Source: Octopus sinensis
Lineage: Eukaryota
Length of the DNA: 53,202 nt
Reading direction: 5' to 3'
NCBI RefSeq assembly: GCF_006345805.1
Contig: NW_021832460.1
Coordinates: 1-53,202, forward strand
In this document: positions 35,955 through 49,175 of the stretch, in pieces
How positions within the stretch are numbered: position 1 is the first letter of the stretch
How the letters are laid out: each line of letters starts with the position of its first letter
Position numbers and translations under genes: made by a program
The notes under the pieces: model-generated
Database searches by the model: none
What the model was told of the DNA's origin: nothing
Seen by the model: only the letters and a program-made list of their open reading frames with translations

Positions 35955-36225
35955 AATTGCCCCAGTTCCCCTTCAGGGTTGGCGAAAGCGATGTGGTGGA
36001 CAATGAAAAACCTGGCTGATGACAGTCAAGGCTGATCTGGAACCCAACCTAGGCCCCCCATATATACGGCATTCGCCACTGGAATAAGGCGTGGTTGGAG
36101 ATCACGCGGTCGTTAGCTTCAAATCGCCAGGCCTGGTCGGCGTTTGTGAGAGATGCAGCATTGAGGATGAATGAAGCCAGTTCAACCCACCTCGGGTGAA
36201 TGCTGTCAAGTCAAGTCAGTCAGTC
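35955..36225 (+). mobile_element. RTE-clade LINE 3' end, second family
   Basis: GWRKRCGGQ*KTWLMTVKADLEP..RHWNKAWLEITRSLASNRQAWSAFVRD; (CAAGT)n tail. Confidence 0.7.
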
Positions 36226-36510
36226 ATATCATTTTATATTATCCCACATCACATCATAATATGTGACAGCAGATAACACAAAATTACATCATGTCGACAA
36301 CACATCACAACAGTCAATGATGCTATTATGTAATACATGCGTACTCGCTCAATCTGTTAGAAATAGCAGCCAAATCTATTTCAGGTGCCATTTGATTGTC
36401 TCCAGAGTGACGCTTTATATAATGTGTAGCCGAGATCTCCGGAATGGTCACGAACGGAACGTCTTTGTCATACGTCTACTCGATAAGGATGACTTTAGCT
36501 AAACAACAGT

Positions 36511-36724
36511 AATTCAATTCAATTCAATTTTTATTGGCTCAAAAAGCAAAAGTAAGGCCATGTAGGGGGACAGGGAGTTATGTACAGGGAGGGTGGTCAT
36601 ACAAAGAGTTCAAGCCATTTCTGGTCAAGAGAGACTTTGAACCGAGAGGTCGTCGGCATCTTCACTATCTCGTCCGGCAGCTTATTCCACGGATCCGCAA
36701 CCCGGACGGAGAAAGCCCCTCTCC
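36511..36724 (-). mobile_element. CR1-group LINE 3' end, copy 3
   Basis: Reverse complement of the 5600-5812 segment. Confidence 0.9.
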
Positions 36725-37248
36725 TACATCATTGTTAATCACATGAAGTTATAATTTCATTTATAGGATCTAAGTTAGGAATTCTCAGAAACTGCCATTC
36801 AGCAATTGTGGCACCAGACATTGCTCCGTACACACGCCTGTCTATGACGCTGTCATTGTGTGTGTGTGTGTGTGTGTGTTTTGGCGTATATGTTGGATTC
36901 AAGTCAAGTCAAGCTGGGATACCTCCAAGCTGTCGTTTTTAGCAGATCTGTGAGAGAGACAACAGATGGCCGGACGATAAGCGCCGACATTTTCGTATTT
37001 AAGCCGCAGAATTAAGATGAAAATGCTACATTTTGTCTGGTAAACAATGTTCATTGATAACATTTTGAAAGATTTCAGTTTTCTTTATTTGTATTTCCCA
37101 TGCAGTTGTTGGAAATCTTTTTGGAAAAATTGTTGCTTTCAGTTTAATTATGCGCTGGGTGTGTGAGGATGGGAGAGGGTCCATTGACCTACTTATAGAT
37201 GTGAATTGTTTAGCATGGATATATGTTTCAGAATGTTTACATGGGGTG

Positions 37249-37368
<120 letters not shown>

Positions 37369-37370
37369 AC

Positions 37371-37420
<50 letters not shown>

Positions 37421-37492
37421 TATACATATATACATAACATTATATATATATATATATATACATATATTACATATTAACATATAATATATAAT

Positions 37493-37529
<37 letters not shown>

Positions 37530-37539
37530 AATATATATA

Positions 37540-37595
<56 letters not shown>

Positions 37596-38089
37596 CTTAG
37601 TTCGATTTGAAAACCCCACTAGAATACGAGAAAGCGCTAATATATGTATAAAAAACATGTAATATGCAAATAAATATCTGTAAATATAAAACCATCCGAA
37701 TTTCTGAGTGCCCATTTCTTCTAATATAAAATACCTGTACATCATCTCCAAACCTTCCAATATATATATTGAAATATACACGCATGTGTATATGTGTATG
37801 TTTTTATGCCCAAATACGCATAGAAATTTGTGTATGTAGGACATACGCACAACAGAGTTACTTGTGTATGTGTGTGTGTGATGGGTATCTGTGTAGTGTG
37901 TGTGTGTTTGTGTGGTGTTTATGTGGTGTGTATGTATGTGTGCGCGCATGTGAAAAACTGGAAGTTTATCTGTAAAAAGTGCATTAAGTAAGGGAAATGT
38001 CGACAATGGTTTCAATAAGAGATTTAGCATGAGAGTAAAAGTTCTCAGTCGTTTCCTGTTCGTTATGGTCCTGAAGGCTTTCCCCGGTG

Positions 38090-39040
38090 AGTTTAAGACT
38101 GGTTGTCCATGGGAACTCTTCTACGTTGATGATCTAAGTTTCACGGCTGAATCTATTGGGTGATTAAAGATGGAATTACTGGCACAGAAATTAAACCTGG
38201 AATTGAGAAGTTTTCAGGTAACCCAAGCAAAGACGAAGGTTTTTAGTTAGTAGGAAAGAAGACAGGATCCAGGTATCTTCAGGGAAATGCCCTTGCTCGC
38301 TGTGCATAGAGGGTGTAGATATAAACTTTATATGGTGTACCATACTCATTAATAGTAATAGACACATACACAAGAAGTGTAACGGAATCACCGGCAAAAT
38401 AACAAAGAAAGAAAGCTTTATATGTGATAAATGGATTGGAGCAATAGCTACTATGAACACACCAGAAAACGTGTCTTTTAAACGCCTTGGTGGTTCCACT
38501 GAAAGTAGTTGATAGCTATTTTGGGATCTTTTCGGTTTGAACGGCAGTTTTTTCTAGCGGTGTCATATGAAATTGTCACCCATAATTATGACCCTAGTAT
38601 CGATCTATTGCATTTCAATCTATTTTAGGGCTAGGGTTAGTTAGGGTTAGGGGCGGGGGGAAGGGTATATTTTTTTCTTCGCAAATTTAAATAAACCCAA
38701 TCTGTTTCTTAAATGAGGGACATATTCATACGGCACAGAATGTTTTCACCTCAAATAGATGCCAGTGATTGGTTGAAATTGCAGAAATTGAAGAAAAAAA
38801 CAACAAATATCTTACAAACTATAGAATTTTCTCAATAAAGCCAAGAGAAAAAGATGTTTTATAAACACATTCTACCAGTATACGAAGTTTAAAATTTTTT
38901 AGTTACCTAGAAATTATGTTAAAAACTACCGTTCAAACCGAAAAGATCCCTATTTTTTAACCTAGGTGACGTAATTAGTAGGGAAAATGTTTGTAGTCAG
39001 GGTAAGAGTGGGTGATAGAAAGTTCAAGGAGCATTATCTC
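38090..39040 (+). mobile_element. Decayed RTE LINE RT fragment interrupted by a MITE
   Basis: TGCPWELFYVDDL, AKTKVLVSRK and HKKCNGITG; LGDVIS resumes after the MITE. Confidence 0.75.
38524..38949 (+). mobile_element. MITE copy 5
   Basis: TIRs; TSD CTATTTTG / CTATTTTT. Confidence 0.9.
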
Positions 39041-39305
39041 TCACACACTGCCTTCATTTTGTCTAAAATTTTGTCTTCTAATGTTTATTTTCATTTTATG
39101 AAATACAGCTATTATGCACATCCAGATTTTGTTTGGGTAAAAATGATCAAACTTTAAAGCTCTGTAACATTTTTCTACCATTTTTCTAGAATGCATGAAT
39201 CCCAAAGTCAGATTCAGCATAAAAAAGTACATCAATATACCGAACAACATATTTATACTGAGTTTGAAAAATTTCGCTTAGTTTTAACATTTCAAAATCA
39301 GTGAC

Positions 39306-39692
39306 AGCTTGCTTACGAACCACATGGTTCCGGGTTCAGTCCCTCTGCGTGGCACCTTGGGCGAGTGTCTTCTACTATAGCCTCGGTCTGACCAAAGCCT
39401 TGTGAGTGGATTTGGTAGACGGAAACTGAAAGAAGCCCGTCATATATATGTATATATTGTGTGTGTATATGTTTGTGTGTCTGTGTTTGTTCCCCCTACA
39501 CACACACACAACATCGCTTGACAACCGATGCTGTTTTGTTTACGTCCCCGTAACTTAGCGGTTTGGCATTAGTGACCGATAGAATAAGTACTAGGCTTAC
39601 AAATAATAAGTCCTGGGGTCGATTTTCTCGACTAAAGGCATGGCCACAGTCAAATGACTGAAACAAGTGAAAGAGTAAAAGAGAGAGAGAGT
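39306..39692 (+). mobile_element. SINE family B
   Basis: Reverse complement of the 33445-33849 family. Confidence 0.88.
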
Positions 39693-40099
39693 AACGAAAA
39701 GATCTCTCTCTCTCTCTCTTCTTTCATTTTTTTACTTTTCTCATGATGAACTTTCCCCCTCTCTATATATATTTTTACCACGCTCTCTCACACTATAAAA
39801 GTATATCGATTATGCTGAGGGTTTGTCTCTTTATCAGTTTGTGCGTATAATGTCTGTAAAAGAATTTCATTAGAGCAACAAGATGATTTTCAAAAACTAT
39901 GTAAAAGATAATCTATTTTAATAGCCTACTTTTCTCTTAGTAAATATGTTTTTACTTACACGTGTGCACGCACTCAAACACATAGCAGTTAACGTGGAAG
40001 CTTATATAGTCATGGTGTAGATTATACTCGGATAGATAAACTTTCCGAATTTTCTTGTTCCAGTCTGTTTTCTTGGTTTTCAAAAAGGGAAACAAGTTC

Positions 40100-41575
40100 C
40101 TTGCAGTGAACTGCTGTCCGATCTCACTCACCTCTCATATCATTCAAGTTATTTGAGAGGGTGGTGAGATCGCAAATAACCCACTTTCTTGAAAGCAACA
40201 GACTGCTGAGCCCCAACATGGGTTCCGTAATGAAAAGAACTGCCCAACGCAGCTCCTGCATCACTTTGATGACATTTTGAGAGCTTTGTGAGAGAGGGTT
40301 CCAACACCGATGTCATCTACCTTGGTTTCAGCAAGGCTTTTGACAGGGTTCATCATCAGATTCTCTTGAAAAAAACTATCCAACATTAGTGTCTCTGGAA
40401 AGTTACTACAATGAATCAGGTCTTTCCTGAAGTACCAACACGTTGTAGTCGAAGGAATAAGATCAAGCCCAGTTAAAGTCAGTAGTGGTGTTCCAAAAGA
40501 CACTGTGTTGGGTCCACTTCTTTTTATCATTTACATCAATGACATTACTGACATCATCAAGTACAGCGACATAAGAATCTTTGCAGATGATTCCAAGATC
40601 CAGAAAATCATCAATGAAGTGGGTGACCGGGCATGGCTTCAGACAGATCTACTGGCTGTCATCCAATGGGCGGAAAAGAATAATATGCTGCTGAACGAGG
40701 ACAAATTTGAGTTAATCCACTTCGGAAAAGGTGATACCCTGAAACTCCCATACTCCTTTCCTTCAGGTGAAACTCTTATGGCTTCCAACAACATCAGAGA
40801 TTTGGGAGTAATTGTGGACAGCAACATAAGCTGGGCCGCTCATATAAGCAGCAAAGTTGACATGGCTCGCAGAATGTGTTCCTGGATTCTCAGAACTTTC
40901 CAGTCGATAGATATCCACACCATTATCCTTCTCTTCTGCATTTTTACCCGACCACACCTTGAATATTGTTGTCCACTGTGGTCTCCCCACACGAAACAAA
41001 GTGTCATGAAAGTTGAAGCACCTCAAAGGTCAATTACAAAAAAGATATATAGCATGGCAGGCCTTGACTATTGGGGTCGGTTAGAAAAGCTCAAGCTTTA
41101 TTCTCTCCAACGTCACCGTGCGCGCTACATCATCTGCATGATGTGGAAAATATTCCATCAGCATTGCCCAAATGATGTTGGCATCACCTGTAAGATACAC
41201 CCGGAACTTGGGCCTCGTACTATCCGCCCACGACATAAATCATACTCGCATCACATAACAACAATACGGCACAATTATTTCACCTCAATGGGTCCCGCTC
41301 GCTTTAACATTACGCTAAATCACATTAATGCAGCAACAGATCCAAACCCTAACACTAACCCATAAAGTTCAAGAAGTCTTTGGGGACGAATTCCTTCAAA
41401 CAAATCCCGGATAAACCTCCTACATCCGGATATGTCTCCGTAAACAATAACTCTCTACTCGAGTGGGCCATTGTCCGATTCCTGATTTGAATGACTTTGC
41501 CTGGTGGTGCTATTAAGTTAGACATGGTATGGGCCAATACTGGCCGAAACCTATCAAAGTATGACAGTATCAGAG
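40100..41575 (+). pseudogene. CR1-group LINE reverse transcriptase, 5'-truncated and partly frameshifted (open frame 40505-41365)
   Basis: PISLTSHI, QHGFR, FSKAFDRV, LGPLLFIIYIND, IFADDSK, DLGVIVD and RPHLEYCCPLWSP motifs. Confidence 0.92.
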
Positions 41576-41576
41576 T

Positions 41577-41666
<90 letters not shown>

Positions 41667-41688
41667 TATATATATATCATATATCTTT

Positions 41689-41724
<36 letters not shown>

Positions 41725-41923
41725 GAGTGAGTGAGAGTGAGAATGAGAAGAGAGGGTGAGAGATGAGAGAGAGAGAGAGAGGGACCAATGGAATCAGTAC
41801 CAGGCTTAAAAAGAAAACCACTGGGGTCGATGCGTTTGGCAAAAATTCTTCAAGGTGATGCCCCAGTAGGGCCGCAGTCTAATGACTGAAACAAGTATAG
41901 GAGAAAAGATGAAAGATAATATA

Positions 41924-41971
<48 letters not shown>

Positions 41972-42529
41972 TACATATATGCATATATATATATATATAT
42001 GTATGTGTATATATACATATATATCTATGCTATCATGTATATTTCTGTATGTGTCTGTAAGTACAGAGCAATGCTTGGCTGGGCAGATGGAAAGTAATTA
42101 TTTCATTTCAAGTCTAGGATTATTGTATTTGCTGTAATCGGAGATGATTCTGTTCACCGGAGCCGCCAAGTGTTGCCGAACAAATCAAGTGTGGAACAGC
42201 TGTATTTTGATATGGCCCTTGATGGATGGCAGATTGATGAGGGTGGTGGGTGTTTGGTAGAGTGGGTAAAGAGGTGGGGGTCGTCGTATACCACGACGAC
42301 ACGTTTAGATTGTTAAACAAAAAAATCATGCATCATAATGTCGAAATATTTTGCGTGCGTAGGCGCATATACCTGTATTGATGAATGTAGATGTGTACAT
42401 ATGTAGAGGGGGTGTACTAAACCAATCTATGTAAACACTCACAGGCACACAAACGCACATATATATATATATATATATCAACATATACACACACATACGT
42501 AGATAGATATAAGCATGTTTGTTCATGTC

Positions 42530-42588
<59 letters not shown>

Positions 42589-42659
42589 CTATCTATCTTT
42601 CTCTCTTTCTGATTATCTGTATCTCTCTCTCTCTCTCTCTCTCCTCTCTCTATATATAT

Positions 42660-42735
<76 letters not shown>

Positions 42736-42924
42736 GCATATATTTCGTTATTTGCCTATTTAACTCATTTTTTTTCGTACTTCCTGTTGTTTACTCTTGG
42801 TAACGTCCTGCACACATATATACACATATATATAAAGATACAGAAATAATTCATTCTCAAACGCATGATAATGCTAATAAAATAACATGAACAGGATAAA
42901 CTATCCATATATTGCAGAAACATT

Positions 42925-43605
42925 CGTTATGGTATCCTTCAAGGTAATTCATTATCACCATTTCTATTCTGCCTCGCTCTGTTCCCATTATCCACGCAAC
43001 TGAATAATGCTAATAGAGGGTATAAGATCTTTCACCAGAAAAGTAATCCTCTACTCTATGTGTATGATCTAAAACTGTTTACCAAAAACGACAAAGAATT
43101 AGAAGAGCTCCTGAATATTGCCAAAGAATTCGGCTCTGATATGGAATGGTATGGAATTCTGGTATGGAATTCGGGGTTGATAAATGTGCGAAGGCTACTT
43201 TTAAGGCAGGGAATTTCATGAAGATAGAAAACATAGAACTTGATATTACCACAGCTGTTCGAAACCTAGACCTATACAAATATCTGGGAACCAATGAAGG
43301 TAATGGTATCCAGCACTCTAAAAATAAAAGAGAAAATCCGCAAGGATAAGAATGTCCTTAAACTCAGAGTTAAATGCTGCTAACAGAATTAATGCGATCA
43401 ATTCGTTGGCCATACCAGTAACCACATACAGCTTCGGTATCATTAAGTGGAGTCTCACTGACATGCAGAATATGGTTGGAAATATCTGTAAAATCCTTAA
43501 AAGGATGTAGACAGGATTTATCCCCCAAGAAAAATAGGTGGAAGAGGTTTGATACAGCTCGAACAATCCCTCAAATCAGCAATAATAGGCTTTGAATAGT
43601 TCGCG
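42925..43605 (+). pseudogene. Decayed R4/Dong-clade LINE RT fragment
   Basis: GILQGNSLSP, Y-DLKLF, GMEFGVDKCAKATF, YKYLGTNEGNGIQHSK, ELNAANRINAIN. Confidence 0.8.
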
Positions 43606-43639
43606 AGCTCGAAATAAACAAAATAACTACGGTAGTTAA

Positions 43640-43800
43640 TGAACTCGAAGAGCGACACGAAATGAAAGCTGATGCCGATCTCATCTCCAAGGAGGGTCCC
43701 TCGAACACCTTCACTTTGGAGACCTTCCGTGGGGCTTTCACGAACTGGCTGGAGTACTACAACGAATGCATTGAAGTAGGAGGGTTTTTCATCGCAAGAA
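43640..43800 (+). pseudogene. Mariner transposase C-terminal remnant
   Basis: TLETFRGAFTNWLEYYNECIEVGG, homologous to 44550-44640. Confidence 0.6.
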
Positions 43801-43959
43801 ATTAGAGCTTTGTGAAATGGCTGAAATTTCTTTGCAATTATTAAATGTCCCTCCTGGAAAAGAGACTCAAAACTCTGGAATGAACCTTGGGTGTGTGTGT
43901 CTACAGAGAGGGCGTGGCAAACAAACAGACAGGGAAGCAGGCTGACAGGCTGAAGAGCA

Positions 43960-44665
43960 GTCAGACTGAGAGGCAAACGGTCAAGCCGTTTCACGAGCTA
44001 ACAACCGACAGAGGCGATGTAAATGTAAAAGTGTTAACCTCAACTGTTCTTAGACTTACGAAGATATGGACATGTGCAAAATTGGTTGCCAGGGTACCCT
44101 GTGACAAACAGAAAGATGCGTTGGAGAAAGCCAAAAGAAACTGGATTTACTGTCATGATCCACAGGCCATGAGACAGAATTCCAAGCACCTTGATTCCCG
44201 CGAAACCACCAAGGCCAGGTAAAGCAAGTCCACCGGAAAGCGCATGATGAGCCCCTTTTTCGACAGCAATGGCATCATCTACATTCACTGGATTCCTCTG
44301 GCCAGGCGTTCAACAAAGCGTGCTTTATGTAGGTTTTGAGGGAGTTAAAAAAGAGATTTCGTCGCAAAAACGCTAGAGCACTGACATTTGGGTTGGTGGT
44401 ACCTGCACCAGAACGATGCTCCAATCCACAATTCCATCCTGGTAACCAACTATTTGGGGTTTTTTTTCCAAGCTTGAGGGAAAATCTCAAGGGCCTTCGT
44501 TTTGAAGACATCGAGAAGATGAAGGAGACTGTATTACAAGGGACCTGGAGACTTTACACTTTGGAAGACTTCCATGGGGCCTTCACGACGTAGCCGGAGC
44601 ACTACAGGAAATACATTGAAGTCAGAGGATCCTGCTTTGAAGCAGATTAGAACTTTGAACTTCTT
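43960..44665 (+). pseudogene. Decayed mariner transposase
   Basis: WIYCHDP, SKSTGKRMMSPFFDSNGIIYIHWIP, YLHQNDAPIHNSILVTNYL, TLEDFHGAF. Confidence 0.85.
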
Positions 44666-44678
44666 TGAAATTAACTGA

Positions 44679-44972
44679 CACTCCGTCGGTTAGGACGACG
44701 TGTGTTCTAGTTGATCGGATCAACGAAGCAGTCTGGTCGCGAAATTAACGTGCAAGACACGAGTACCCTTACCGTAGTTCCCAGGGAGATTCAGTGTGAC
44801 ATGTGACAAGGCTGGTCCTTTGAAATACAGGTACGACTCATTTCTGCCAGCTGAGTGGACTGGAACAATGTGGAATAAAGTGTCTTGCTCAAGGACACAA
44901 CGCGTCGCCGGGAATTGAACTCACGACCTTACGATCATGAGCTGAATACCTTAACCGCTAAGCCCACGCGCC
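44679..44972 (-). mobile_element. tRNA-derived SINE with intact head
   Basis: Minus-strand GGCGCGTGGGCTTAGCGG and GAGTTCAATTCC boxes; 3' part matches 8600-8774. Confidence 0.8.
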
Positions 44973-45126
44973 TTCTTTCAAATCAATAAATATCTCTTCA
45001 GAAAAATCATCAAAGTTCCGGAAACTTTACACTTTGGAAGACGTCCATGGGGCTTTTAAGATCTGGTTGGATCGCTACACTACATTGAAGTCATAGGATC
45101 CTACTTTTAAGCCGATTGGAACTTTG

Positions 45127-45553
45127 GGATCTTTTCGGTTTGAACGGCAGTTTTTAAAATAATTTCCACGTAACTAAAAAATTTTAAACTTCGTATACTG
45201 GTAGAATGTGTTTATAAAACATATTTTTCTCTTGGCTTTATTGGGAAAATTCTATAGTTTGTAAGATATTTGTTGTTTTTTTCTTCAATTTCTGCAATTT
45301 CAACAAATCAATAACGTCTATTGAGGTAAAAAAAAACATTCTGTGCCGTATGAATATGTCCCTCGTTTAAGAAACAGATTGGGTTTATTTACATTTGTGA
45401 AGAAAAAAAGATACCCTCCCCCCACCTCCCACTCTAACCCTAACTAACCCTAAAAGAGATTGAAATGCAATAGATCGATACTAGGGTCATAATTATGGGT
45501 GACAATTTCATATGACACCGCTAGAAAAAACTGCCGTTCAAACCGAAAAATCC
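45127..45553 (-). mobile_element. MITE copy 6
   Basis: TIRs; perfect TSD GAACTTTG (45119-45126 / 45554-45561). Confidence 0.92.
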
Positions 45554-45932
45554 GAACTTTGAACGTCCTTGAAATTAACTGGTATTCTGTCAGTTGCAGA
45601 AATCAGTTCCTGGTGTTGCCGCCCTCTATTTCTTCAACAAAAAAAACACCTTCTGTTTGATTGGAACAGTGTATTCTGTTCGAAACGTTTGCATCGAGCA
45701 TCATAGCTTTTCAATTTGGCCTTTAATGCTGTCTCCTTTTGTATCAATTCTTCATGTTCATTCCCCCCACCTTTTTTTTCTAATCTGTACTATCCATTCA
45801 ATTTTCTGATTGCTACCTTATTCGTAAGCTCTCCTCTCATTAACCTATTCAATTAACCCCCCCCCCACACACACACACACTTTCCGTATCTTTTCCAGTT
45901 TCATTCGTATTCTCTTCCTCCAGTTTGGTTCG

Positions 45933-46336
45933 TTTACTCTTTACTCTTTTACTTGTTTCAGTCATTTGACTGCGGCCATGCTGCAGCACCGCCTTTAGTC
46001 GAGCAAATCGATCCCGGGACTTATTCTTTGTAAGCCCAGTACTTATTCTATCGGTCTCTTTTGCCGAACTGCTAAGTGACGGGGACGTAAACACACCAGC
46101 ATCGGTTGTCAAGCAATGCTAGGGGGACAAACACATACACACACACATATATATATATATATACACATATATACGACAGGCTTCTTTCAGTTTCCGTCTA
46201 CCAAATCCACTCACAAAGCATTGGTCGGCCCGGGGCTATAGCAGAAGACACTTGCCCAAGATGCCACGCAGAAGGACTGAACCCGGAACCATGTGGCTGG
46301 TTAGCAAGCTACTTACCACACAGCCACTCCTGCGCC
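45933..46336 (-). mobile_element. SINE family B, full length
   Basis: Matches 33445-33849. Confidence 0.9.
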
Positions 46337-46560
46337 TATCGTTTGCTTCATTTCCTTTTAGACCTTCAGTTTCCCGCTTGTGGCCTCCTGTGTTAGCCAC
46401 ATTTGCAGCAGCTATGATTAGCTGGTTTGTTTCACTGATGTTTTTGTTTTAATCAAGCTTAAAATGTCATTTACTTTGCCTGTGGCTTTCCTCACATTTT
46501 TTTTCTGGATATATATCCTACATTTGCATTAGCCTTCGCCCTTGTGGCAAATAAATGAAA

Positions 46561-46603
<43 letters not shown>

Positions 46604-46608
46604 CATCA

Positions 46609-46820
46609 TGTGAAAACTTACAACTCAGTTTGCAAGTGTCATCTGTCCACAGCCAGCAGACGAAGGTGACACTCGTTTACTGGACATGCTTCAAGAACCC
46701 TGCGAAGAATTCTTGCCGTTCCAAGCAATGCTGATTTTTGTGTTCTAACTTCACACTTGCACCCATCTTTTTCAGCCATGTTGGTAGATGAGTGCTGATA
46801 TTTTCAAGTGCACTGATTAC

Positions 46821-46821
<1 letters not shown>
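46609..46821 (-). mobile_element. Dong/R4-like LINE 3' end between two (ATT)n tracts
   Basis: Minus strand KSALLGTARILRRVLEA plus 3' UTR; (ATT)n at 46563-46603 and 46822-46851. Confidence 0.75.
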
Positions 46822-46850
<29 letters not shown>

Positions 46851-46852
<2 letters not shown>

Positions 46853-47075
46853 GGCGGCAAGCTCACAGAATCGTTAGTACGCCGGTCGAAATGTTTAGCG
46901 GTATTTCGTCTCTCTTTACGTCCTGAGTTCAAATTCGACCGAGGTCGACTTTGCTTTTCTTCCCTTCGGGAGCGATAAATTGAGTACCAGTTGCTTACTG
47001 GGGTCGATGTAATCGACTATCCTCCTCTCTCAAATTTCAGGCCTTGTGCCTACAGTAGAAAAGATTATTATTATT
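46851..47075 (+). mobile_element. SINE family A (short-tail variant)
   Basis: AAGGCGGCAAGCTCACAGAATCGTTAG head and GAGTTCAAATT. Confidence 0.85.
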
Positions 47076-47329
47076 AGGGGTTCTTGAAGCATGTCCAGTA
47101 AACAAGTGTCACCTTAGTCTGCTGGCTGTGGACAGATGACACTCGCCATCATACCTAGCAAAATAACTTGTAAGTTTTCATATGATAATAATAATAATAA
47201 TGATTTCATTTATTTGCCACAAGGGTGAAGGATAATGCAAATGTAGGATATATATCCAAAAAAATATTATTATTATTGTTGTTGTTGTTGTTATAATTCA
47301 TAAACACACAATAGACTGTTGGAAAAGAA

Positions 47330-47412
47330 AAAATCCTAAAATCGGGCTACAAGTAACCTTATGTGCTGAGAACCTTCCTACGTATCCAAGCTGTCCTTAA
47401 TAACACTGTTTT
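47330..47412 (-). mobile_element. Very short Dong/R4-like 3' end
   Basis: Minus strand KTVLLRTAWIRRKVLST*. Confidence 0.5.
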
Positions 47413-47454
47413 TGTTATTATCATCATCCTCATCCTCATCATCATCATTAATAT

Positions 47455-48475
47455 CCAGTAGTCTTATTTTTATCACGTGCTTTCGCTGCACTACTGAGCG
47501 CAGTTCTGTGTGCCTTGGGTATGTGCTGTGGTTTGTTGGAGTGCATTGAAAGTGTTTTACGTAGGATGTTTGCGGTGCCTAGTAGTGCTACTTTCTGTAT
47601 GTTATATATACTTGTTAGTCCTGGTGTTTTTGTTATGTATTTCTCTGTATCCTTTTTTTTTTTTTTTTGTACCATACCTAATGCACCCACTTTAATAGGA
47701 ATTGTTTCTGTTTTTAGACTCCACATTCGAGTTACCTCTATTTCCAGATCTTTGTATTTTGAAAGTTTCTCCATTTCTTTTAGCGAAACGTTGTCATCTG
47801 TTGGTATTGATACATCAATTAGAACGCATGTTTTTTTTTTCCTTGGTAATCTCTAATAATTATATCCGGCCTACCTATCTTTGTGTATTGGTATATTCCA
47901 GAATATGGGTGCTTTCTCATTTTCTGTGACCTTTTCTGGCGTGTGTCTATATTATCTTTTTTCTGCTGTCATTCCCATTGTGTTGGCATAGCTTCCATTG
48001 TATATAAGTCCCAACTCTATTGGGTCTGTGAATATATTCCTTCTTAGCCAGGACTGGGCAGCTAGAGACAATATGATTTATTGTTTCTTGTTCATCTCCA
48101 CATACTCTGCATTTACTCGTATTTCTTTCCATTAAATGGTTTTGGTGATTTCTAGTAAGAAAGATTTGGTCTTGTGCTGCAATTAAAAATCCTTCAGTCT
48201 CTGCTTTGTGTCCTGGGCTTCTGAGCCATTGTTGGGATTTTGCTTTATTTATTTCTTTTCTGTTTAGTTTAAACCAATGTTTGCCATATAGGAGGTTTTC
48301 ATGCCATCGTTTTATCATACATTGCTGATCCAGTTTTAGTTTGGACATCAGTTGTTTTACAGCTTTTGTTGTTTCTTCTTTTTCAGTTGTTAGGTACTAT
48401 GAATTCTTTTTTGTATTTGCCAGCTTCCTTAAAGACAGACAATAAGTTTTTGTTTTGTTCCTGTTTTGCGGTTAT
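47455..48475 (-). pseudogene. Dong/R4-like LINE C-terminus (CCHC knuckle and restriction-like endonuclease)
   Basis: AETEGFLIAAQDQ, CRVCGDEQETINHIVSSC, EKLSKYKDLEIEV, IQKVALLGTANILRK. Confidence 0.88.
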
Positions 48476-48509
48476 TTTTATTAGTTTTCCTTGCTTTTTA
48501 TATTATTAT

Positions 48510-49127
48510 TTTTTTCTTTATCACAGGTTTTATTGGAGCTCCTGGAGTCTTGCATGCGTAGCGGGATTGTTACCTGTAGCTTACGGTACCATGCTATTTG
48601 TTCTTTTCGGCTAACTAATATTTTCCTGATTATTCTGGCCGTGCCAAAGAAGCAAGCCTTTTGTAACAGTTCTACTAGGCACTCTATTCCAATTTCCTTT
48701 ATATTCCTCTTGATGCCTTCTGATACTGTTCCCAAGGACCCAACAATAATTGGCACTATCTTCACCTTCCTCATTTTCCATAGCCGGACTATTTCGTACT
48801 TAAGAGGGTTGTATTTATCTATCTATCTATCTATCTTTTCGCCTTCCTTGTTGACTATTTGTGGGTCAAATGGGCATATAACATCAACTGTATATAGCAC
48901 ATGTGGTGCACCTTGTCCACCACCACTAGGCCCGACTCTGCCATTCTCTGCGGTTTGTGCTCATACCATGTCTTTCCTCTCCCTAGATCTCACTTTTCGC
49001 ACAGTTTCCAATGTAGCCCTTTCGCTACCTGGTCGTTTCGTCACAACTTGCGGTGGCTTTGGGCAAGTCTAGAGCATTCGTTCGTGATATGGGCAATGGT
49101 TTCACCCACACTATAGCATATGCGGCA

Positions 49128-49128
<1 letters not shown>
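48510..49128 (-). pseudogene. Second Dong/R4-like C-terminus, different subfamily
   Basis: ETIAHITNECSRLAQ, VKIVPIIVGSLGTV, LQKACFFGTARIIRKIL; abuts (ATT)n at 49129. Confidence 0.82.
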
Positions 49129-49158
<30 letters not shown>

Positions 49159-49175
49159 TTATTATTATTATTATT

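Noticed and set aside
42280-42300. 8-bp hairpin GTCGTCGT-atacc-ACGACGAC
   Set aside because: Isolated and built from a GTC repeat; no context that assigns a function
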